Assembly: GCF_006345805.1 (NCBI RefSeq)
Contig: NW_021832833.1
Location: forward strand, 1 to 64,000
DNA length: 64,000 nt
Direction of reading: 5' to 3'
Source: Octopus sinensis
Taxonomy: Eukaryota
Position numbers and translations under genes: made by a program. Shown here one piece after another: positions 12,478-25,466 of this stretch. Within the stretch, counting starts at the first letter, position 1. Every line of letters begins with the position of its first letter. The notes under the pieces are model-generated. The model was not told the DNA's origin. It searched no databases and saw only the letters and a program-made list of their open reading frames with translations.

Positions 12478-12735
12478 ATCAACTAATAAGGGTGAGAAAA
12501 TTGGATACTAATTTAATAGTACCATCAATTTAACACCAAGTGGCTTAGTGAATAAAAACCAGGAATACAATAAATTTTATACGTAAATATAAGAGGGTGA
12601 CCACTATGTGGTCGACTCTAGCACTAAAAATAGATCCGCTACGGTTTCAGCCACGAAGAATTGTTTCCGATGAAAGTTAGCACAACTATTAGCGTAAACG
12701 AACAGGGCAAATAAAAAATAACAAAAATGCAAATC

Positions 12736-12814
12736 AATTCAGGACAATTGTTTCGCTATTAATAAATTATATAATTTTACTCACATAACATATCTGTAGC
12801 TCCTCAGCTGAATT
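12736..12814 (-). ncRNA. Type I hammerhead ribozyme (solo, in a PLE-like repeat remnant)
   Basis: Minus strand AAUUCAG CUGAGGA GCUA..UAGC GAAAC AAUU GUC CUGAAUU: complete core, 7-bp stem I, 4-bp stem II, palindromic stem III, GUC cleavage triplet. Confidence 0.8.
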
Positions 12815-13194
12815 TGTCTAGAATACAATTTACTCAACCGCATGCCAGATTTTACCATAACGATAAACACGCATGCGGTCCAGTCGATTGCATTCGCCGT
12901 TATAATTCAAATGCCCCCGCCAAAGCCCGCCAAAATTCACGGAAACAGATACTACGTGGCACATTGGGCAAGTGACTTCTACTATAGCCTCGAGCCGACC
13001 AAAGCCTTATGAGTGGATTTGGTAGACCGTCGTATATATATGTATATATATATATATACATATATATATACGACGGTCTACCAAATCTACACACAAGGCT
13101 TTGGTCGGCTCGAGGCTATAGTAGAAGTCACTTGCCCAATGTACCACGCAGTGGGACTGAACCCGGAACTATGTGGTTGGTAAGCAAGCTTCTT

Positions 13195-15411
13195 TATTTC
13201 ATTACATTTGCCATGAAGGCAGTACATAGAGTAAAGTAGCTTTGCGGGCTGGATGAGGACATTAATGAAATGAATGATAATGAAAGAAAGATGATAAGGA
13301 TGGGAGAAGACAAAAAGCGCCCGCCGACTTCTGCTGCTCTAAAACATTGTTCTTTAAAATCAAACACAAAACGAGGTATTAAACCTCTTACAACTTTTAC
13401 AACTATTACATATAATATAAATACAATACACAAAGCCCCTCCTCCCAGACCTGGCTTACACTTCCCTTAGGAATGCGCCAGCTCTAGGTCGGGGCCTCTC
13501 AAGTCGTATCTAAACATGTCCTATCAAACGTAAAAAATACATTATCACTTCTCCGTTCCTCCTCTTTCTGGACCTCCAGTCAAATATCTAGCCGCCTGCA
13601 GAGCAAACCACGTTGACTGCCGGGGAGTTCAGAAAGAAAGCAAAGTGCCTATTATCAAATGTTTGTGTCACACAGTGCCACAATTTATGACTCATCCTCA
13701 AAATAACTTGTGCCCGCATCCTCTGCCATCCTCCACGCCTCTACCAAAACCACATCGAGTTCCGTGTTAGCGTTGCCCGGGAACAAGCCATATTCCTCAT
13801 TGAGCTCCTTCAGCTCAAACGTCACGTCGAACGTCGTGGCCTCCACAGCTATCTGCGGAGGCCATTCGGGGTCCTGTGTGAAGACTGAAGGTGCTCCCTT
13901 ATGGTGCTTTTCCATCACCTTTTCAATCTCTCCGCCTCTATGGAAGAAGATCAATATATCGTCTTTCTCCGGGGGCGGGATATTCAATTCTTTCATTGGC
14001 GGCACAGTTCCCGGCCAACGGTGTTTCTTCTCCTGTCGGTGGCACAATCCCAACCTTCTTCCTCTTTCGGCCCCTGTTCGAGGAGTCCTCCGCTTCCTCG
14101 GCCGTCTTCATTCCCTCTTCTACAGGGGTCTCACTTAACTGCTTCGGGATCTTATTTTGTTCCCGGGGACAGTTTTACTTTATATGGCCGGACTCCAGGC
14201 ACCGATGACACCTGGGGGTGGGCCGACCCTCAAGTAACACCGGGTCCCTGCACCCGGCCATTTTCAAAAAATCTGGAAAAACCAGATTGGCTGGTTGGGT
14301 CCAAAGGATCAAAATTGCTTTTCACCCAACCCAAACAGCCGCAGGAAGAAATTTCACATTAAGGAGCTTGGTCCCGCTGCCACCCAGACCCCGGCGGATA
14401 GTCTCCTCTATCCACTCGGGTTTTATCACGGGGGGCAGCCCGCAGATCCAAGCTTTCGTCAACCTCTTCCCATGATACGTGGGAAGAAATAAAATTTCCT
14501 TACCCTCCAGGGGTTGACTAGCAAATTTGCGAGCCTCTTCAGGGGTGTCAAGTAGCAACCACACCGTTGCATATCTGACACCCCTGGAATTGAATTTAAT
14601 TGTTGGCAAATACTCTGCCAACTCCTTTTCAATTGCCGTCTTTTCGAGTAGGGCGATGGTTTCGAGTGCCTTGGAGTAGGTTCTCAATACCACCGTCCTA
14701 TCTTCACGGTCTTTTAACCACCTTTTAGGCGGTATAATCTCCCATTCCAAAATTTTGTCATTTTTCATTGCCATGTTTCTTTTCTTTTTTTTTAAATATA
14801 TTCAAAATAAAACTTAAAAAGCGAGAAAAATAAATTAAAAGAAAGTCACAATAAACAAAAAGGAGAAAGTCAAATAAAGTTTAGAAGAAAGTCAATAGTT
14901 CAGGAACACAGCAGAAAAAAAATCTTCTGGCCATTCGGTACTCCCGGCCTAGGTTGAACTCGAAACGCCACAACTGGAACACAACTTCCACAAAAATTGA
15001 TATACAAATTGTTCAATCTTCGGAGGCAAAGCACTCCCTCATACAGCAGTTCTTACAATTATTAAAGTTCTTCAAATGGTACAATACAAGCAATAATTCT
15101 CATACTTAAGTGAGAAAAATATTCACTCAACGTAAACCGAAGACGAGGATACGCCCCACCAAAAAATGAATCCAATAGATTCTCAATGCACAAAAACAGC
15201 AGCCGCCGAGAGCAGGCGAAATTGTGCAAGAGCTGGGCACAATTTACTGAAAAAATGATTCGCATGCGATAAATTATGCCCAGCTCACAATAAACAATCA
15301 CCTACCTCGACAAACTTCTGTTTTTGTTCTTTTTTTTCTTTTTAGGACGGAGCTCAACGCTCACGTCCTCACCGTTCTGTGTCAAGGAATCGACTCCACG
15401 ACCGGAACCGA
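13195..15411 (-). mobile_element. ORF1-only (HAL1-like) non-autonomous retroposon with a 13-bp TSD
   Basis: TSD aagcaagcttctt at 13182-13194 and 15412-15424. A single degenerate gag-like ORF1 (14774-13685, two stops and one frameshift) carries a CHRCLESGHIKxNC zinc knuckle. No RT or endonuclease; AATAAA at the 3' junction. Confidence 0.7.
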
Positions 15412-15599
15412 AAGCAAGCTTCTTACCACACGGTCACTCCTGCGCTCCTATTAGTAAAGTTGCTGCAATTATTCTCATTAAATGTGGAATTCAATATAAA
15501 TCTTGATGTACTGTGAACTCACATACCACATTATTATGAGTTGAAATGGCTCCTTGTTGTAAATGTATGGTCTAGCAGCAGGAAGCATCGCCCTTGTTA

Positions 15600-15905
15600 G
15601 TCTGGCGTAGGTATTTGACTTATGTAAATTACATCACTTTGGTCCATGAAATCCTCACAACGGCGAACAAAAAGAAAGCTGAGAGACATAACCATGTAAG
15701 AAGTTGCGGTGGTCTTGCAAGGACAATTCTGCATGGAAACAAAGAGTTAAGAAAAAAGAAGAAAGGCAGACAAAGGTAAAAATGAAAGGAAAACTTCAAG
15801 GAATGGAAAGACGAATCCTGCACGGTGAGCTAAGATGTGGCACACAGCTGCGACTGATGGAGAAGATTAGTATATACTATGTCACATCATCGGAATTTAA
15901 GGTCC
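15600..15905 (+). mobile_element. RTE-clade LINE 3' remnant (duplicate at about 26980-27167)
   Basis: Translates to HVRSCGGLARTILHG..KKGRQ, resembling the RTE C-terminal GLAKTILQG..RGRQ motif. Confidence 0.55.
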
Positions 15906-16329
15906 CACGTAACCAATGCACACACATAAATACTAATAATACGTGTGTGTGTGTGTGTGTGTAAGTTTTGGGATTTGGTTTACAAGATTCTTTATGTGAG
16001 TTCGTGTATTGAAGTTTATTTTGTTGTCTGGGGAGAGGTATTCCCTTTTAGTGTCTTATTATTTAACGCACTCACCGGTAAAGTTTCCCCTCATTTCCTT
16101 TATTTTTCTTAAAATTTTTCATACGTAGACCCACACACATGCGCACAAACAAACAAAAAGAACGCAACTCGGACAACGGACAATGTCAACGACTATTGAA
16201 AAGGTCGTAAGCCGCAACGAAAATTTAAAAAAATAAATAAGTAAATGAGTGGACACTTTATCGGTGAAATGTTAAATAATAAGGCACTAAAAGAGAATGA
16301 CTCGCCCCAAACACAACAGTACACAACAT

Positions 16330-16391
<62 letters not shown>

Positions 16392-16392
16392 C

Positions 16393-16455
<63 letters not shown>

Positions 16456-16456
16456 C

Positions 16457-16495
<39 letters not shown>

Positions 16496-16524
16496 CAGAT
16501 AGATAGATAGATAGATAGATAGAC

Positions 16525-16563
<39 letters not shown>

Positions 16564-16564
16564 C

Positions 16565-16641
<77 letters not shown>
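16330..16641. repeat. (AGAT)n microsatellite (others at 17857-17923, 32178-32479, 50655-50923, 53475-53620, 56980-57204; (ATCT)n at 58273-58416)
   Basis: Direct reading; source of the YLSI-repeat ORFs. Confidence 0.95.
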
Positions 16642-17856
16642 TGTTTCTTTATTAGCCACACAGGGATGCACACAGACGGGACAAATTACAAGGTAGAGCT
16701 TTTCTTTTGGGGAGAAAGAAGGGGATTTGGTTTTTGATCAAAAGGGATCGTAAAAGGAAAGAAAGAGGAAAGCAAAAAAAAGGGGGGAAGGGGTAAAAAA
16801 TAAAAGGAAAAGGAAAAAATCGATCAATAGGGATCGTTATCACAGAAATGTCAATATAAAGTGTAAAGGGGAGGACAGGTGAGGTTTGCCCGTGGAAAGA
16901 AAAGCCTACGGAAAAGACCACGGTAACCTCGGTCAATGAAGTCACATGTTATATTTGTTTTACAAATAAGCAACTCTCTGTATTGATTTTTACGGTTCAT
17001 CGGATCATAGTCAAGGTGGCTTCGTCATCCATACGTGCCATCCTTGCTACATTCACCCATCTTTTTTAAAAACATTTACTAGACAAAACTTGCCTCTCTA
17101 CTCTCACTTTCCTCTTCAAGTGATACTTGAAGAAGTTGATGAGAGATTGACCAGAGGGGAAAGTGTTTGTCTCTAATCCTTTCAGGCGCGTCCACCAGAT
17201 ACATTCTTTCGCCATAGCCACAAGTATGATAAAAATAGCACTTCCTTCCCGTTTGATGGAAGGAGGCGTGACGATATTAACGATAGACTCGGCTGATAAA
17301 CCGACACGTCCCACACGTGACAGCAGTCGTTCGACATAAGCCCACAGGTCGGAGATTGTTGGACACTGCACGATTGCATGCAGAACGGTTTCGTCGCTCT
17401 CACCGCATCTCGGGCAGGTCGGCCCGGTGTTTCTCGAGCCATGCCTATAGAGCTTATCCCGAACGGGTAGCGCTTCTCGGTAGCACCGCCAGGCCAGGGA
17501 TCTCTGGAAATTGTCCATAGGTCCCGGCCCGAAAGTCATTTCAAACAGGCTGGTCAGGTATTTTTGAAACGACTTTCGGGCCGGGACCTATGGACAACTT
17601 CCAGAGATCCCTGGCCTGGGGTGCTACCGAATAGCGCTACCCGTTCAGGATAAGCTCTATAGGCATGGGTCGAGAAACACAGGGACGACCTGCCCGAGAT
17701 GCGGTCAGAGCGACGAAACCGTTCTGCACGCGATCGTGCATTGTCCAACAATCTCCGACCTGTGGGCTTATGTCGAACGACTGCTGTCACGTGTGGGACG
17801 TGTCGGTTTATCAGCCAAGTCTGATAAACCGACACGTCCCACACGTGACAGCAGTC
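16642..17856 (-). mobile_element. Tx1/L1-clade LINE 3' fragment with a fold-back 5' end
   Basis: zf-RVT-like C-terminus (CPRCGESDETVLHAIVQCP, AKECIWWTR) and a pyrimidine-rich 3'UTR ending AATAAA then (ATCT)n; inverted duplicate at 17563-17822. Confidence 0.8.
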
Positions 17857-17924
<68 letters not shown>

Positions 17925-19061
17925 GAGATAAGAAAAGAAATAGAACAACAATTAACAATTAGACGTTGAGCATTTGTATTAAATGGTCAAAATTTAATTA
18001 TAGCTAAAATAACATTAACAGCTGTTACATTTTGTTATTTTTGAGGTAGATTTGCATTTATCTCGTTCCATATAACAAGCATCGTCAGAATGATTTGGAG
18101 TTTATCAGAGGAATATTGATAGGAGGAAAAAGGAAAAAGGAAAAGAAAAAAGAAAAAGGGAAAAAAGTTACATTTTTGTTTCCTCTAAAGGTTGCTCGTG
18201 TGTGTACATTTATTTTAGCTATAATTAAACTGTGACCATTTAATACCAATGATCAACTTCTAATTGTTAATTGTTGCCCCATTTCTTTTCTTATCTGAAT
18301 ATATTAAACCACAGTTTACCATTAAAAGTTACCAATTACTATTAACCTTATAGCAAGGCCTCTACATAGTTAGGTAATACACCAGTAATGCCTACGGATA
18401 CATTTATCCCTTAGACAGTTGCATATTATTTTCATCAACAAGATAAGTAACGTTTTTTATTTAACAATATTATTTAACTTTTGATCGTATTAAGTTTGAT
18501 TATTATTATTTTTATTATTGTTGTTGTTGTTGTTAAAATATATTGTTGTTAAAAAATTATATATAATTTCTTGATAATTATTAGTTATGATAAGTATATC
18601 TATATATTTATTATGCTTTATTATAATTTTTTAGTGTGATTTAACCTATTACATATAATTTAACTTGAGAATTAGTTTTGTAAGACAATACATTATTTAA
18701 TAGTTAGATGGTCTATTTATTACGTAGTATTACATTTAAGTAAACTAGTTTAAGATAAATCGATATTTTGGTTAACTATTTTATTGAGTAAAATATTAAA
18801 TCTATAGATACTATTTATATATTAATAATATAGTTAGTTTATCTAATAGGTGTGAACTATTTCTTATTTTTTATACTAATATTTATAGCTTGTACTAACA
18901 TTATGTATATTACTTAACATTAAAGTTTTTAATATAAATTACTTAATGAGTATAAAATTATATTTAGATATTTATTAAATAAATTAATTAATTAATAATT
19001 TAATTTAATGAATATAGTTTAAATTATAGTATTTAGTTTTCACTTAATGTATATTTTGTAT

Positions 19062-19129
<68 letters not shown>

Positions 19130-19254
19130 TACTTGGAGGAAAGAAACGAACCGACGCGAGGGCGCTCAGTCATATAATAACAATTTAATAAATTAAATAT
19201 ATGCATGCATGCATACATATATGTACGTACCTAAATCTATATGTATATATACAA

Positions 19255-19310
<56 letters not shown>

Positions 19311-20240
19311 TATATATATGAGTACAGGACACCACAAATAAACGTAGAACACAACGAGAAAGGAAAACATAAAAACAAACTAGGAAACGGACTTTTTTTA
19401 ACAACGAAAAAACAGAGTACAAGACAAACAATACAAGGAATATTCCCCTTCATCAGCTGTCCCTGGCTCGACTCAATGCGTTTGTCGAAGGTAAGGACAG
19501 AACTCGATCCGGCCGAAGCAGTCCTTCCTGCAAAATGAATTAAATAAAATTCTTTTGCAGAGGGGTAAAACAAAGAAAGAAAAAAAGTGACAAGAGCAGG
19601 AAGTAAAAGCAATACAAATAAAAATACAGTACACATAAAGAATAAAAACAGGACAATGAAACCAACATTGAGGGCTATTTTGTAAGCCTAGACGATGGAA
19701 AAAAAGATATATATATATATTTCAAATATTTTAATTAATTTTATCTTATTTTTTAAACGAGAATATATTTGTTAAGATATTCCGTATTTTACAAGATTAT
19801 TTATATGTATTAATTAATTTATCTAATTAATTATTTTATTGTTGTTATCTTTAACCTGAAGAGAGACTATATTTATATTGAAGTGATTTTACTACTACTA
19901 CTATTAGTATTACTATTATCATTTCTTAAATATAGCCACGAAACACGTGTCGATATTCTACCATATATATGCGTTTTATTTATTATTTTGCACATTACTT
20001 AATCATTGTTATATGTTTTATCTTATATTTAATCTTTCTATAATATGTAATTTTTCTAAATGGCGTAATTTAATTTTTCATTATTGAATTGATAAAAGGT
20101 GCTTTTTCTAATTTATATATATATATATATATATATATGTTATATTTTTGGAAATTTGATTTAGTATTTCTAAATTGAACTTACCCTGTAAGATTTTACC
20201 TTGATCGCTCCAGCTTTCTTTTTTGTGTTATAGAATAAAA

Positions 20241-21268
20241 ATGAGCGCTCCACTAGCACTGTGCACCAGGGAAGAACAGAAATCAGTGATCCGATTTCTC
20301 TGAAGTTGTGGTAGGGGCTGAAATTCATCGCAGGCTTTCAGTACAATATGGGGACTTCTCGAGAAGTCTAAAAATTGCCAAACAAGAATGAAACACGAAG
20401 AGGGAGAAGGGTGCCAATAACCTCCATCGCTAAAGTGAAGATTTCAAGAGCTCAAGAGATGGTTCTGGCATACTGACGAGTGAACATTGATGAGGTGGCA
20501 TGTTCTCTACAAATTAGTCATGGTTCTGCATACGAAATTATCCACGGCAAACTTCGCTTCTGTAAGGTTTGTGCGACATGGGTGCCAAGATAGCTTGCAG
20601 AAGTGCATAAACGGAGTTTGTGGATATCTGCCAACGCTTACTCAACTGCTACAACGATGAAGGGAAAGTGTTTTTTGGAAAGAGCCACGGATGAGACTTT
20701 GATTCAGAATCGAAACAGCAGAGTATAGAGTAGAGACACCCAAAATCACAAGCGTAAAAGACATTAAAAACTCAAACTTCCAAAGAATAAATTACATTAA
20801 CTGTTTTTTTATGTGTAAAAGGGCCTATGCAAGAACATTACCTGGAAAGTGGGTCTACAGTCGCCAGTAACAGTAGAATGTTAGTCAACAAATTGAAACC
20901 AGTAATTTGCACCAAACGCCGAGGTCTACCATCAAATAAGTTTTATTGTAGCACGACAATTCACGCCCACCCCATATACGGCCGCCCACACCATTGAAAC
21001 CATTGAAAAATTTTATTTTTAGCTGCTGGAAAACCCTGCATACACTCCAGATCTCTCCCCTTCCGTTAATCACCTCTTTTGGGTCGCCCAAACATCCTTT
21101 ACGAGTTCGTCGATTTGCTGTGAAGAAGAGCAAGAAGCGACGCATGAATGGCTGCGTGACCAGCCGAAAGTCTTCGATAGAATAAGCAAGTTGTGAACCG
21201 CTAGAAGTGCATTGAAAAGACAGGAGTGAATACAAGTGTCCATATGATTTTTGACTCACCCTCGCGTA
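20241..21268 (+). mobile_element. Degenerate mariner transposase remnant
   Basis: MSAPLALCTREEQKSVIRFL and GSAYEIIH..KVCATWVPR motifs with many stops; TIR-like end ttgactcaccctcg. Confidence 0.7.
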
Positions 21269-23691
21269 AGGGCGTGCACATATATGCGTGAATGTGTGTA
21301 CATAAAGGTTTCATTTTGCTTGCACTGTATTGCAGAACATTCGCTTCATCAAATTGGACGTAGATTAAAATGATTTCGATGCCTTCCGAGAGTCCCGTGT
21401 GCTTTTGGCTCGCATGCTTTGCTACGGTTGTGTTAATCACATAACCATGAAGAATCGACCTAGGCTTCTCTCTGCAGTTTACCAATTCTATAATTACTAA
21501 TATTTCTTACCCCAACCAACACTGAAGAGCATTGTTGAATCTAGCTAATACGAAACCTAACGTACTAATTATTATAAAGATACACTGGTTATTTTGTTTT
21601 CAAGAGATCTCTTTACTACTTTTCGTGGTTGTAATAGCTGGTCTGTGTTCTTACAACAGTGAGTAACCCACTAAAGGGCAAATGTTTCCCTTTAAGTTTT
21701 ATCAACTTCCGAAGATCAGTTCTTTGAGCTTATGCTTCATCCCCCATCTACTCAATTTCACTCAGAGAATAAGGGTTACCAAAATCACTTCGTAATAGTA
21801 TATTTTATGGCATACAAATCGACGTAATATATAGTGTAAATATATAGTGTAAACATTCAAACATCGACACTATTTTCCCAGATAATGTTGCATTTCACAT
21901 AGAATGTTTTGTCTTCCAAATTCATCTTTGCTTATAAGTTGGCCTACTCATTTTAGCAGTAAATTCTGGTCCGCAAAAGTTCAATTTGTATATCGGAAAA
22001 TAGTACAGCCTGTTAGTAATTTTACTTAGTAAAACCTTGGGGCTTTTTTATGCCATTACAAATAAATATATTTGTATGTATTAATATATATTCGTGTATA
22101 CAACATGTGATACACTCCTGTATTTTGGGAGCGTACGTGAATGTTTCTTATCAATTATGGGATTTCAACAGATTCTGAACGTGTGTAAAGTCCATGAAAT
22201 TACAAGTTCGTAAAATATTTTGCAAATTGTGTGATGCCTTGTAGATGTGTTATGCGTATGTATAGTATACCTGTTGAATTTAGAACTGCCGTACAAGCTA
22301 CTAGAAGTAAATGTTTGTTATGCGTATTGTTCTTAAAATCAATATCATGTCTTAAATTTATCCTTGTTGGATATGTGGCAAGGTGGACGAGGGTGTCTTG
22401 CTTGAAAATTCGTCGTTTAAATTGTTGTTTGTGCATACAGAGAGAGCGGTTTACATCCCTAAATTTCAAAATGTTCGCTGTTGAAGTTATGCTTTTTTCT
22501 CTGATATAGATATACAGATTTCGTCTACTGCCTCATCCCTTGTATTTGCTGAGCTTAGATATGATACTCAATTTAATTTGGGTAGGTTGTCGACGTTTCA
22601 TGCCATATTAGGCAAAGAGATTAGCATCCCTTTTATTCTTATATCTAAACGAACCCAAATGGTGTGTCTCTCGCTTTGAAGGTATTTCCTGTCATTCCAA
22701 TGTGTGTGTATATATATGCGTGGGTATCCGTGTATATATATATATAAATTAAATTAGAGATAAAACCACTATTAGGCAAATCAAACAGTGAAAAACATAA
22801 ACCAAAACATAAAAATAAAAATAATTAATATAATTTACAAAATATATAAAATATGAAATTTAGAATTTAAAAAATTTTAATTATTTAAATTTAAAATTAT
22901 TATTTATATTTTATTTAAAAGCAGCAGAAATATAACAAAAGCTGTTACTCAGAGTTTCACGTTCCCATTCGTCGGAGTAACAGCTTTTGTTATATTTCTG
23001 CTGCTTTTAAATAAAGCATATTACTCTACCTCTGGTATTTGAGTACTCTTTATTCCACCTTATTTCACATTTATGTGGTTACTCCGCTATATATATATAT
23101 ATATATATATATAGATATATATATATATATACCATACTGGTTTCAACAAATTTGGGGTTTGCGCTGATAAGGAAGAAATTGAAGATAAGCAAGAAAGTTC
23201 AGTAAAACATGATTAAAACATCAAATGTTCATACAAATACCAATATTCAATAAATTTAGAAAATGATAAAGGTTCAAATATTTGATGAATTGCATATCGA
23301 TTATATTTGATTGAGTTCAGTAGCTTCCAATAACTTATATTAACAAGTGGTTATGATGATGTATGGACATTTGATTTTTAAGCGTGTTTTACCAAATTTA
23401 TTCTTATACTTTCAATCTCTATGAAACTTTATTGTGTACCATTGAAAATTGGATGCAAAAATTTGTTAAAACCGCTATGGTAGTTTAATAAGCGTATTAA
23501 AAATAGTTATACTAACAAGTAGATACTATTAAATTTTAAAACTGAACATTGGAGTTTGTTTGAATATTTCATTTTTAAACCAGTTTTACCGATTTTTCTA
23601 GGGTATCTTCAGTATCTCTTAAACAGTTTTTCTTTACTATTGACAAGCAAAGCATTGTTGAAACGGGTATGGTATTATAATACGTTTTGAA

Positions 23692-24573
23692 GGCGGCGCT
23701 CTGGCAGAAACGTTAGCACGCCGGGTGAAATTCTTGGCGGTATTTTGTCTGCCGTTACGTTCTGAGTTCAAATTCCGCCGAGATCGACTTTGCCTTTCAT
23801 CCATCCGGGATCGATAAATGAAGTACCAGTTGTCCCCTCTGTGTTTGGCCCCTTGTGGGTAGTAAAGAAATAGGTATTTCGTCTGCCGTTACGTTCTGAG
23901 TTCAAATTCCGTGGAGGTCGACTATGCCATTCATCTTTTCGGGGTCGATTAAATAAGTACCAGTTACGCACTGGGGTCGATGTAATCGACTTAATCCGTT
24001 TGTCTGTCCTTGTTTGTTCCCTCTGTGTGTAGCCCTTTGTGGACAGTAAAGAAATAAGAATCGTTAGCACGCTGGGCGAAATGCTTAGCGGTATTTTGTC
24101 TGCCGTTACGTTCTGAGTTCAAATTCCGCCGGGTCGACTTTGCCTTTCATCCATCCGGGATCGATAAATGAAGTACCAGTTACGCACTGAGGTCGATATA
24201 ATCGACTTAATCCCTTTGTCTTTCCTTGCTTGTCCCCTCTGTGTTTGGCCCCTTGTGGGTTGTAAAGAAATAGGTATTTCGTCTTCCGTTACGTTCTGAG
24301 TTCAAATTCCGTGGAGGTCGACTGTGCCTTTCATCATTTCGGGGTCGATTAAATAAGTACCAGTTACGCACTGGGGTCGATGTAATCGACTTAATCCGTT
24401 TGTCTGTCCTTGTTTGTCCCCTCTGTGTGTAGCCCTTTGTGGGCAATAAAGCAATAAGAATCGTTACCACGCCGGGCGAAATGCTTAGCGCTATTTTTTC
24501 TGTGCTTACGTTCTGAGTTGGAATTCCGCCGAGGTCGATTTTTCCTTTTGAGGTGGATAAAATAAGTACCAGT
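23692..24573 (+). repeat. SINE family A concatemer (about five units)
   Basis: Full head at 23692, then repeated partial units with recurring junctions. Confidence 0.85.
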
Positions 24574-25431
24574 TGAGCAACGTTACTCATGGATATGAGT
24601 ATAAAAGCTGCACACCTCTGCCAAGTCATGTCAATCCAGTGTGCCAGAATACGATCACCAAACCAGTATGTTCTCAAGTTCAAAATCACGGCCTCCACCT
24701 CAGACCGTGGTTGTTGGAGAGAACATGCTGAGGCCTTCGTCCTTCATGTGGACTGAACATGGCCAAAGAAAAAAAAGAAAGAATACGATTTATCAGTTGA
24801 AGCTTAAGCATTCGATCGTAATTTTAACAAGATCGATAGAACAAGAGAATCGATGACCCAACTCCCCTATCACTAAAAGGGTAAAGACCCACTTCAGTTA
24901 TGACTGACCATGGGATTGTACCTACAAAGTCACCCTCCGAGGCACAAGTCCGGGCAAGGTTTTTATGGAAGACCAGCAGTCACCCATGCATACCAGCCTC
25001 CTCCTCTCCACACCACAAAGGAAAGGGAAAGGCCGATACAGCTTGGTGTCAGTGACGTGGCAACTCATTGCTACAGCTGAGTGAACTGGAGCAACCTGAA
25101 ATAAAGTGTCTTGCTCAAGAGCACAACACACAGCCCTCGTCAGGAATCGAACTCACTACTTCATGATTGTGAGTCCGATGCTCTAACCATTGACCCATGC
25201 GCTGCAACAATAAGCAATATATTATGGACAACTAAGGATTAAGTACTTACGAGCTGTTACGTGAAAAACAATACAAAATCTAGGTAAATATATAAAAACA
25301 CGAAACAACAAATTATTTGTTGCGTGATTATAAATCGATATTTATCGGAAATAAACAATCTGCCGGAATGCAAAACACAAGTTTTATATAAATATAAATA
25401 TATTTGCGCACGCATGTGTGTTTGTGGGTGC

Positions 25432-25466
<35 letters not shown>

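Noticed and set aside
16258-16673. Long ORFs of YLSI, HT, IY, CV or LS repeats here and at 32158, 34605, 45212, 50333, 53096, 56692 and elsewhere
   Set aside because: They are translations of (AGAT)n, (AC)n, (AT)n and (AG)n microsatellites.
18440-20180. Extremely AT-rich stretches
   Set aside because: No ORF or defined structure recognised; probably decayed repeat DNA.
22200-22509. Overlapping 89-92 aa ORFs on both strands in non-repeat DNA
   Set aside because: No recognisable motif and no convincing splice-site pair.
23692-24573. Regularly spaced repeats resembling a CRISPR array
   Set aside because: Units are about 190-bp SINE copies without unique spacers; the context is eukaryotic and no cas genes are present.
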